Below are positions 56,046 to 64,000 of a stretch of 64,000 bases of DNA, in pieces; positions within the stretch are counted from its first letter, which is position 1, and the number at the start of each line of letters is the position of its first letter. Location of the stretch: IMG/VR virus record IMGVR_UViG_3300044568_004364; one strand, 5' to 3'. The DNA is from a virus. The position numbers were made by a program, and so were the translations under genes. The notes beneath the pieces are model-generated. The model saw only the letters and a program-made list of their open reading frames with translations. It was not told the DNA's origin and did not search any database.

Positions 56046-59000
56046 TTATCGTAAAAATTCTGCGTTTTCAAATCGTAGATAGTCAAAAAAGATAGCTCTT
56101 TGTGCATTGGTTTTAGTTGTAACCTCTACACTTGGACACATGCCAACGCTGGCACTGCTCAGTCGCGATCCATGTGTCACCACTCCGCTATATAACGTAG
56201 TCCAAGTAGTATTATTAAAATCAGCTTCTTCAATTAAAACGCTTGATGTAGTATTTGTTAATTGAGTCATCGTGAATTTGTAGCGTTTACCACTCAAAAA
56301 ATTACCATTTTGAGGTGCAGCGGTCGATGCTGGCAACGTAGCATAATTACTACCACCGTGGCGAAATGTGAATAATCCACCATCTAGTCCACTACGATAT
56401 GCAAGTCCAAATTGACTAATTCCCACCCATGTCAATCCAACAAACACCTCACAGTCGGTGATGTCTTGGATTGTGAAAATTGACTGAAATGTAGTTCCAA
56501 TCGCCTTAACCCCTCCAGCAATACGGACAAATCCCCTGTAAAAATTTCCAGAGACTGCACCTGTAATAACGCGATAGACCCCATAAGCTAAATTGCCAGC
56601 ATTATCGCTATCACCAATGCTGCCACCTGTTCCTGATTGTGTCGCGGTATACCCATATCGACCATCACAATCATCAAAAAATGACATAAGTGGACTCGAT
56701 AAAAGCGAATTAGAAAATACTTTTGATTGTAATTCTGCTGGTGACAGCGTTGTAAATGACGCTAATCCCAACGCTGTCCTATGTGCATCTGCCGCGCCTG
56801 CACCATATACATAGTTAGTAGCATTTAAAGTAATGCTATTATTAACTACGGGGTCTGACAGCGTAACACCTCCAACAATCTTAGCACTCGTCACACTACC
56901 ATCAGCTGGTATGTTTTGTGATACCTGTAAACTATTCGTCGGTGATATGACAACTGCTTTGCTGCCACTTGGTAATGGACTTGTGAATGTTATGTTTCCA
57001 CTAGCGACAGTATAGTCAACGCTAGGTTCTTGTAAGATACCATCAATAGCCACAATGAGTGCTGATGGGTTTACTAATCCACTTGCTCCACTTATCGCAT
57101 ATACACTTGTAGATCCGTTACCTGTAAGTGTAGTGCGAACAGGATCAACAAGATTTGCTTTAGCATCCAATGCACTCTGTGTTGCGGTGCTAACAGGTTT
57201 ATTTGTGTCACTCGTATTATCAACATTATTAATGCTAAGCGCAGTACGATGCGCAGTGGCAGCATTAGTTCCATATGTATAAGTTGTGGCATTAAGAGTT
57301 AGCGCGGTGGATATTGTTGGACTGCTTAATGTTGGGGTCGTGCCAAATACTAATGCACCACTTCCCGTGGCTCCAGTGATGGCAGCTTCTAAGTTTGCAC
57401 TCGTTGGTGCGCCTAAGAATGTACCAACACCAGATCCAAGACCCGTAATGCTGCCTACTGCAGGTGTGATTGTTGATGTGCTTGCACTTGTAACAAGTCC
57501 TTTATCATTTACTGTTAAGACTGCGCTTGCTGTTGCACTGCCATATGTATTTGCAGTAACACCACTAGCTCCAAGATTTATACCATTTGCATCTGCAACA
57601 ATTGCGCTGCCAGCTGGTATCTTAACACTAAAGATTGTACCATCACGCTGCAATCCATTCCCGACATCATATGCTCCAGCACCGCTAAACTGCAAGAAAA
57701 TTACTGGACTAGTTCCAACCGTTGTTACCGGCTCACTAACAATCCAACTTGTATTGGCATATGTTGTTCCGTGTGTAACAAATACAAAGTCACCGCCATT
57801 CATCTTGAGCGGCGTATCAGCGTCAGTGGCGCGTGTAAGTTCACGCGCCGCGCTTATTGTGTAAATGCCATTGTGAGCTACATTTGTTTCATGCGCAATT
57901 ATGATACGCGACCCGATCACAAGGTCAGCATCAAGCGCAAGCAGCGCGTCCAAAACAGTAGAGCCACCAGTCACTGTGAGTTTTGCTCCTACTCCGCTTG
58001 CTCCATTGGTATATGCTACGGTTCCTCCAGTGACAACAGCCAATGTTGCGTTTTTTAAAATAAGGTGCGCTTCACCATGTACGTGAATGCCTGTGGCAAT
58101 GTTATCAGCATATGCTTTATTAACAGCACTTAATGATGACGAATCAACCGTTAAATTAGGAACAAGCGGAGAGCTGCTAAAGGTTTTAACACCGTCTATA
58201 TGTTGAGCTCCACTTGTGGTTACAGCATCCGAAATACTATAACCGCTAATGGTTGTAGGAGTATTGGTAACATTGCTCCAAGCTGGTGTAAGAGCAAGCG
58301 GTGTTCCCGCGCTGCTAATACGGCCTGCTGCATCGGTGGTAAACGGTTGAACACTGGTTGCACTATTATTATAAGTGCCTGCAGTGCCAACATTTTTTAA
58401 TGTTGATACAAATGAACCGTTACCGCTGCCAGTTACATCACCAGTTAATGTAATAGTTTGATCGCCTGTGTTTGTGCCACTTAAATTGGTTGCGCTAATA
58501 GCTCCGCTAAAGGTTGCTCCAGTTATGGTTGCAGCATCAGTTATATTATATCCAGCAACCGTGGTAGGCTTGTTTAAGATTTGTGCATCACCGCTACTTG
58601 CGGCCCAATCTGCATTTACATTAACCTCTGCGCCAGCAGCAATGCCTGATAGTTTTGATTTTTCAGCTGCTGTATAATTTTCATCTGATAAATCCTTACC
58701 AGCTACCGTATTAACTTTACCGCTTAATGCAGTTACAGTTGCAGTGCTTAACGGCTTATTAGTGTCACTAGTGTTATCAACATTGCTTAATCCTACATCG
58801 CTCTTATCTAATACGATTGCGCCAACACGGGTATTAATACTTTGTACTGGCGCAGCTGCAAGTGCAGCTGCATTGAAATTTGTAATGTCTGATGCAGTAT
58901 GAGTGTGGCCAACAGCGCTCTTACCAGATAAACGTGTGTCTAGGTCAGTGTTAACCAATACACCAGATAACGTAAGATTGGAGAATGTAGGGCTTGAAGA

Positions 59001-59381
59001 AACGCCAATTGACTGTGGCAGACTTAAAGTTACATTTGCAGTTTCAGACCCGCTTCCTGTAACTATGACTTGATTAGCTGTTCCTGCGATACTGGCAACA
59101 TAATTACCAACTGTATGAGTACCTAGTGTGCATGCATTGGGATTAAATGATAGGACACCAGCCGCACTGAGTGTGCATGCTCCACTTATTGTACGTGCTG
59201 CATATTCGTTAGTATCGCGTATAAGAATTGAACCGTTAACGCTACCAGCCAAGTCAACATCAGTGAGCTGCGCCAATGTTGTTGCAGCTACGCTTGTGCT
59301 ATATGCATTGATATTTGCGTTGCTGCCCACGACAGATGTCACAATGTTATTGGGCGTAATATATGAAACAATATCTGGCAT
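56046..59381 (-). CDS. Long tail fibre protein
   Basis: DVGLSNVDNTSD, HTHTASDIT, NGIY...TRATDAD, FVFV..GT...W, QFSGAG. Confidence 0.82.
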   Translation of the reverse strand: MPDIVSYITPNNIVTSVVGSNANINAYSTSVAATTLAQLTDVDLAGSVNGSILIRDTNEYAARTISGACTLSAAGVLSFNPNACTLGTHTVGNYVASIAGTANQVIVTGSGSETANVTLSLPQSIGVSSSPTFSNLTLSGVLVNTDLDTRLSGKSAVGHTHTASDITNFNAAALAAAPVQSINTRVGAIVLDKSDVGLSNVDNTSDTNKPLSTATVTALSGKVNTVAGKDLSDENYTAAEKSKLSGIAAGAEVNVNADWAASSGDAQILNKPTTVAGYNITDAATITGATFSGAISATNLSGTNTGDQTITLTGDVTGSGNGSFVSTLKNVGTAGTYNNSATSVQPFTTDAAGRISSAGTPLALTPAWSNVTNTPTTISGYSISDAVTTSGAQHIDGVKTFSSSPLVPNLTVDSSSLSAVNKAYADNIATGIHVHGEAHLILKNATLAVVTGGTVAYTNGASGVGAKLTVTGGSTVLDALLALDADLVIGSRIIIAHETNVAHNGIYTISAARELTRATDADTPLKMNGGDFVFVTHGTTYANTSWIVSEPVTTVGTSPVIFLQFSGAGAYDVGNGLQRDGTIFSVKIPAGSAIVADANGINLGASGVTANTYGSATASAVLTVNDKGLVTSASTSTITPAVGSITGLGSGVGTFLGAPTSANLEAAITGATGSGALVFGTTPTLSSPTISTALTLNATTYTYGTNAATAHRTALSINNVDNTSDTNKPVSTATQSALDAKANLVDPVRTTLTGNGSTSVYAISGASGLVNPSALIVAIDGILQEPSVDYTVASGNITFTSPLPSGSKAVVISPTNSLQVSQNIPADGSVTSAKIVGGVTLSDPVVNNSITLNATNYVYGAGAADAHRTALGLASFTTLSPAELQSKVFSNSLLSSPLMSFFDDCDGRYGYTATQSGTGGSIGDSDNAGNLAYGVYRVITGAVSGNFYRGFVRIAGGVKAIGTTFQSIFTIQDITDCEVFVGLTWVGISQFGLAYRSGLDGGLFTFRHGGSNYATLPASTAAPQNGNFLSGKRYKFTMTQLTNTTSSVLIEEADFNNTTWTTLYSGVVTHGSRLSSASVGMCPSVEVTTKTNAQRAIFFDYLRFENAEFLR

Positions 59382-59385
59382 CTTT

Positions 59386-59721
59386 TTATGGTTGTGTTGT
59401 AGCTGGGGATATTTCTACTTGTCCTTCGCTAACACGTATTACATTATTGCTGCTATTATATACTTCAATGTCATACACATAACGTCCAGCTGCCATAGCA
59501 CGTGTTTGTGTTGATGTTAGTGATATGTTAACAGTTCCCGTGTTTGGCGCGTTTATATTTGTTACAAAGTTTATTGCATTCAGTGACTTGTATGACTTGC
59601 GTATTTGGCCACGTGCAGTATAACCAGTAAGATTAAGCGGTAAGCCGTTAGCGCCTTGGACAACAACTGTTGAACTATAGGAACTGCCTTGATCTATAAA
59701 AATATCGGAATATGTTGCCAT
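59386..59721 (-). CDS. Small Ig-like virion protein (fibre/baseplate adaptor)
   Basis: IDQGS, NLTGYTARGQIRKSY, GRYVYDIE, RV.EG.V..SP; TATAAATA at 59728-59735. Confidence 0.7.
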   Translation of the reverse strand: MATYSDIFIDQGSSYSSTVVVQGANGLPLNLTGYTARGQIRKSYKSLNAINFVTNINAPNTGTVNISLTSTQTRAMAAGRYVYDIEVYNSSNNVIRVSEGQVEISPATTQP

Positions 59722-59756
59722 ATATCCTATTTATATAAATCATAGATCCCTATTAT

Positions 59757-60986
59757 TTAACCAAACACTACAATGTCAACTCTAGGAGAATCGAATGCAC
59801 CACCATCCGAACCTCGTAGTGTACGTATTCTCACCGCTGATATTGTCGGTGCAATTGTTTGATGCCGTGTTACAACGCCGCCTGTGCTTGCATCTGTTCT
59901 TTGAGCTGTGCCAGTAACAATATAATTGGTATTTGCAAAGTTTGCAGTAAAATTAATTGTATAGTCGCCTGTGCCGTTATCTGTTATGCTGCTTACATTA
60001 TAGCTGCCTATGATAGCTGGTGTGTCTGTGCCGTTAAATGACACCCATGCCTTTGCAGCACCCGGTGAACTCTTTAATGTTGCTGGTGTTACTGCACGTG
60101 CAGTGTCGCTACCAGTATCTACTTCACCTTGCGTAGCAAGTTCAACTTTTCCAGCAGCACTCGTTGTTGCCTGTGCGGATGTTGTGGTTATGGTTACATC
60201 AGCACTGCCATTAAAACTTACAGAGCCCGCAACATCACCGCTTAAAGTAATTGTTCTTGCAGTTGCTAATATCGTTGCAGTGCTAGCATTTCCAGTTAGC
60301 GGTCCACTAAATGACGTTGCAGTTAATATGCCACCACTATCCCAATTTGGGCCGCCTGTGGATAACTTTGCTGGAGTGACCGCAAGATTGATTATTTTAG
60401 CAGTGGTGACAGCGTTATTACCAACCGTTGTGGTTATGCCTACATCAGCACCACCATTAAAACTTACAGAGCCACCAACATCACCGCTTAAAGTAATTGT
60501 TCTTGCAGTTGCTAATGTCGTTGCAGTGCTAGCGTTTCCAGTCAATGGGCCGCTAAATGATGTCGCACTTAATACGCCGCCGCTATTCCAACTTGGACCA
60601 CCTGTGGATAACTTTGCTGGAGTGACTGCAAGATTATTTATCTTACCTGTAGTAATAGCATCAGGACTTATTGTAATTGCAAGTGTTACTGGACTAGTCC
60701 CATTAAACGTTGGTGGCGAAACTATTGATACTGCATCACCAGATACATTAAATGCACGTGGTGTTGTTAAACTTTCAGCAGTTGAAATAACAATAGCTGA
60801 TGATGTTAGCAAAACTGTAGCACTTGTCGCAGGATCTGTAAATCGTATATTGTTATTACCGTTTTCAAAAGCAGCATTTAAAGTTGAGCTGCTACCCAAA
60901 CCCAATCTTCCTCGCATTGTAGCCGATTCAGCTGTTACTGGAGTATTTACTGCGGAAGGTCCTAAATTAATTGGCGTAGTTGGCAT
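59757..60986 (-). CDS. Tail fibre protein with an internal ~82-aa tandem duplication
   Basis: Two copies of NLAVTPAKLSTGGP...ATARTITLSGDV.GSVSFNG (246-bp period); AKAWVSFNG...YNVSSITDNGTGDY. Confidence 0.8.
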   Translation of the reverse strand: MPTTPINLGPSAVNTPVTAESATMRGRLGLGSSSTLNAAFENGNNNIRFTDPATSATVLLTSSAIVISTAESLTTPRAFNVSGDAVSIVSPPTFNGTSPVTLAITISPDAITTGKINNLAVTPAKLSTGGPSWNSGGVLSATSFSGPLTGNASTATTLATARTITLSGDVGGSVSFNGGADVGITTTVGNNAVTTAKIINLAVTPAKLSTGGPNWDSGGILTATSFSGPLTGNASTATILATARTITLSGDVAGSVSFNGSADVTITTTSAQATTSAAGKVELATQGEVDTGSDTARAVTPATLKSSPGAAKAWVSFNGTDTPAIIGSYNVSSITDNGTGDYTINFTANFANTNYIVTGTAQRTDASTGGVVTRHQTIAPTISAVRIRTLRGSDGGAFDSPRVDIVVFG

Positions 60987-61005
60987 TGTGTTATTTTGTT
61001 AAGGT

Positions 61006-61641
61006 TTAACCAATTTTGGTAAATTGCACATATGATAAAGCAGCTTTTAATAATGCAGGATTGCTTGCATCATTACCGCCATCTTGTTTCACTGTGAATT
61101 TTAGTAATACTGTAGTGGGAGCGGTAACGGCATCTATATTTAGCTGTCCATTAAATGCAGATGATATGGTACAACCAGTTGCGGTAAAGGTCTTTGTATG
61201 TTCTCCTAATGTCTGTGCGTTAAGCGTAACGATAGTTAATGGAGATGCTGCAGTTAAAGAAGTTGCATTAGTTGTATTTGCAGCATTATTTATTTTATGC
61301 TCAATACCAATTGGCGCAACGTCACATAATAAGCCACATGAAATTCCACGCGTTGTGCTGGCGGTAGTGCCGTAAATTATACCATTATACTCGTATATCC
61401 CAGGAGGTAATGTAACCGATTCGGTTGAAAGCACTGCTGTAGTACTAGTTGCACTCAAGTCTGCCGCGAGCCTTAATGTGTATACTGCCTCAAATCGTCT
61501 AACATTACCTGCGCTATCTTTAAAATATAATGCGCCATCAGCGTTGTTGAGCGCAACCTCACCAGTGTCTAAAAAACTAGGGATTGGAACTGCATTAGTA
61601 ACAGTGCTATTCTTTAAAATTATCTTTGAATAATTTGACAT
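61006..61641 (-). CDS. Tail fibre/collar-type virion protein
   Basis: I.LK.S.V...VP...L..GEVALN.ADG.LYFK N-terminal module. Confidence 0.65.
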   Translation of the reverse strand: MSNYSKIILKNSTVTNAVPIPSFLDTGEVALNNADGALYFKDSAGNVRRFEAVYTLRLAADLSATSTTAVLSTESVTLPPGIYEYNGIIYGTTASTTRGISCGLLCDVAPIGIEHKINNAANTTNATSLTAASPLTIVTLNAQTLGEHTKTFTATGCTISSAFNGQLNIDAVTAPTTVLLKFTVKQDGGNDASNPALLKAALSYVQFTKIG

Positions 61642-61649
61642 ATATACTG

Positions 61650-61880
61650 TTATTTATTATCTTTCTTCGCTAATAATTGCACAACTTCATCACGCCAAGC
61701 AATGAGGCTATCCACTTGATTTTGTAACTCTACGATTGTACGCTCTTGTGCCTTTATATGTTTCTTACGTCGTACTGCTGCATTATATGCACTGCGGTCA
61801 GCGTTTAGTATTGCACTAGAATACGTGTCACGTTCCAATGTTGGATCGTCTTGTACTTTAATTTTCTTTTTGGCTGCCAT
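61650..61880 (-). CDS. Small coiled-coil conserved protein
   Basis: Probable start MAAKKKIKV; L.RD..S.AILN.D...Y motif. Confidence 0.65.
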   Translation of the reverse strand: MAAKKKIKVQDDPTLERDTYSSAILNADRSAYNAAVRRKKHIKAQERTIVELQNQVDSLIAWRDEVVQLLAKKDNK

Positions 61881-61884
61881 ATTA

Positions 61885-64000
61885 TTATACTGTTGCAATT
61901 GCTCGGAAGTCACGAATTGTTGGTACATCAAAGATGTTGGCCGATAACAATACAACTTTAATTTGGAATGATACAAAGTCATCATTTGGATCTGCAATAA
62001 ATTCAGATTCGCTATATGTTTCAGTGTCAGAATTTATTGCAATTGGATTTGTTGGATTTATTTCAACCCATGGGACGCTGTCAAATTGTGTTGATGTATC
62101 ATAACCAAACTTAGCATAAACTCTAATGTTTGTATCTGCTGTAGGTCGATTGCATCCAATGTAAATGTTAATACGATCTGCAGGATCATTAAGGTCAACG
62201 CGACGTGTAATGTAACGCGCGACAGAAGCACCATTATTTGCTAGTGTTTCATTTGAGACACTGTTGTTTATCAAATTAGTCACTGCTAATAATGATCCAC
62301 CATCCATGTCAATCACTGGACTTACTGCAGTGTTGAGCGTTGCCAATGTTGCAGTTACAATTGCTGTTTTTGCTGGCTCCGTAGACGGTGCAGTTTGAGC
62401 AGCTAAGATGTGTGCACCACTTGCTCCATAACTACTTGGCAGGTAAACATTAATATCAGGTTCAACTGCAATTCCTCCTGCACTATTAAAGTTAACCGTA
62501 TAATTTAATGTGCTACTTGCAAATGCGATGCTAGGTTGACTTATGTTAAACAGCGAAACTGGAACATTTGCAAGCGATGCGGTTGCAGTTGCAGCTGTTG
62601 GCGTGTCGCCTCCAGTTGCGGTAAATGATATTGTAGGTGTGCCTGTATAACCACTTCCACGGCGTGTAACTCTAACTCCAGAAATTGCACCTGTAAATGG
62701 ATTTAATATTGCCACTGCGGTTGTTGTTATAGTTGGCGTGTTGCCGCCTATTGGAGTTATAACTACAGTTGGCACAGAGGTATAACCGCTGCCACCACTT
62801 GTAATGTTTATTCTTTCAACTCCAGTATGCAACTCGGTTTTAAATCCAACAGCGCCAGATGCAGATTCAAAGATCGCACGATGTATACTGAATTTTAAAT
62901 CTTGTTCTTGTTGAGGTGTCCATGTAAAGGCATTTGCACTTGTAAAGAATGTACCTAGGTACTCTTGCTGCTCAATACGCTTGTTAGTTAGAACATCAAC
63001 TTCTCCAAGTGTTGCATACCAGCAGCGATAGTCGCTATCATTGGATGATACAACCAATGCATATTCTTCATCTGGTTTTAAGTATACTGGATCGGAGAAA
63101 GTAAACTTAGTTAAGGCACTGCTGTTTGCACTTACCGCCACATCAGCTGATGGTTTAGATACGCGTGAGTATGGAACAATTGTACGTGTAGGAGCGCCAT
63201 TTTCCATAGTGACAACATATACTTCAACATCTGCATTTTCTGCTTTACGTTGGAAGTAAAGGTCAACTGAGGTAATGAATACACCTTCAGGATATTCTTC
63301 TGAGTTAATTAAAAAGCTTTGCGCAATAGGATCTTTATATCTAGTGCGAACATTGGTAACACTATTTACGGTGCGCTCAGATGTTGGCGTAACATTAAAT
63401 TGCGGAGTCTTTGTTGAAAGAATTGTCTCTTGCACTGTTTCAAGAATTCCAGTTGCGCTATATTTACTAAATGCAAATGAAGTTTCACTGCCCCCGTTTG
63501 CAATATCGTCAGTCAGCTTAAAGATGCGTTCGCCTGTACTAAAACGTAGTGTATCATTATTTGGAATAATGAATGAGCCGTATATTTGTCCCGTTGCATC
63601 TGTTTTTAACTCTGCACCATACGAGCCGTATTCACCGCCTGCACTTGGCAATGTTGAAGGTATGAGACCGTCAAATCGCTGTGTGATGTTGTTACTTGGT
63701 GTTGTAGGCGGAACAAATGTGGTAGGCCCATTAATCATTTTATTCGTATACAACGAAATGTCGCGATCATCAAAGAAAGGATATACAACTGTATTTGATT
63801 TAAGTCCAGTTGCATGAAATAGAACGCGGCGTGAGCGTATAAATGGAATGATTGATGTACCTACAACAGTTTCGCCAAGACTCTTTGCTATATTTGTAGA
63901 GCTTAATGTTGTGAGTGTCCCAGTCCGAGAACTAGCAACGGTTGTTGTTACAGCAGTATCAATGCGAACGCGGCCTTTAACTTTTTTGCGTGTCACGTTT
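61885..64000 (-). CDS. Large virion structural protein (VrlC/DUF4815-like), 5' end outside the window
   Basis: PFIRSR, YPFFD, DPIAQSF, GVFITSVDLYF, T.FTFSDPVYL, DLKF.I.RA.F, P.I.DFRAIA. Confidence 0.85.
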   Translation of the reverse strand, partial: NVTRKKVKGRVRIDTAVTTTVASSRTGTLTTLSSTNIAKSLGETVVGTSIIPFIRSRRVLFHATGLKSNTVVYPFFDDRDISLYTNKMINGPTTFVPPTTPSNNITQRFDGLIPSTLPSAGGEYGSYGAELKTDATGQIYGSFIIPNNDTLRFSTGERIFKLTDDIANGGSETSFAFSKYSATGILETVQETILSTKTPQFNVTPTSERTVNSVTNVRTRYKDPIAQSFLINSEEYPEGVFITSVDLYFQRKAENADVEVYVVTMENGAPTRTIVPYSRVSKPSADVAVSANSSALTKFTFSDPVYLKPDEEYALVVSSNDSDYRCWYATLGEVDVLTNKRIEQQEYLGTFFTSANAFTWTPQQEQDLKFSIHRAIFESASGAVGFKTELHTGVERINITSGGSGYTSVPTVVITPIGGNTPTITTTAVAILNPFTGAISGVRVTRRGSGYTGTPTISFTATGGDTPTAATATASLANVPVSLFNISQPSIAFASSTLNYTVNFNSAGGIAVEPDINVYLPSSYGASGAHILAAQTAPSTEPAKTAIVTATLATLNTAVSPVIDMDGGSLLAVTNLINNSVSNETLANNGASVARYITRRVDLNDPADRINIYIGCNRPTADTNIRVYAKFGYDTSTQFDSVPWVEINPTNPIAINSDTETYSESEFIADPNDDFVSFQIKVVLLSANIFDVPTIRDFRAIATV

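Noticed and set aside
50941-56107. Diversity-generating retroelement template/variable repeat pair
   Set aside because: The few mismatches are not adenine-specific on one strand, and there is no reverse transcriptase in the window.
60010-61002. 330-aa plus-strand ORF and similar antisense ORFs across the tail genes
   Set aside because: Antisense shadows of Thr/Ala/Gly-rich fibre genes, with no motifs or expression signals.
1-64000. tRNA or rRNA genes
   Set aside because: No cloverleaf or T-loop consensus noticed in intergenic gaps; tRNAscan-SE was not run.

Overview
A 64-kb segment of a T4-like (myovirus) bacteriophage genome, almost all on the minus strand, with gene order resembling aquatic T4-like phages. 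Read right to left: large baseplate/VrlC-like protein, a mosaic tail-fibre cluster, sugar-modification genes (glf), neck and head module (gp13-14-15-16-17-18-19-20-67-21-22-23-3), uvsY-uvsW-gp55-gp47-gp46, a CobT/CobS-like VWA-AAA pair, gp45-dsbA-gp44-gp62-regA-hsp20-gp43, MazG-like pyrophosphatase, Seg-like homing endonuclease, primase-like protein, DNA ligase, a glycosyl/methyl-transferase cassette, and an early accessory region driven by repeated sigma70-type promoter cassettes. Highlights: (1) the terminase gene carries two inteins, one whose reading frame stays open across an 861-nt HNH endonuclease gene overprinted in another frame, and one atypically split around a GIY-YIG endonuclease; (2) a DIP1984-like gene is followed directly by a ~212-nt candidate structured ncRNA with a long closing stem and three internal repeats; (3) uvsW is fractured, and both halves carry novel terminal extensions around an endonuclease remnant; (4) a ROSE-like leader sits on hsp20, many genes appear leaderless, an orphan antisense promoter is present, and there are footprints of tail-fibre cassette shuffling. 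Family assignments come from motif recognition only. No database searches or folding programs were run.
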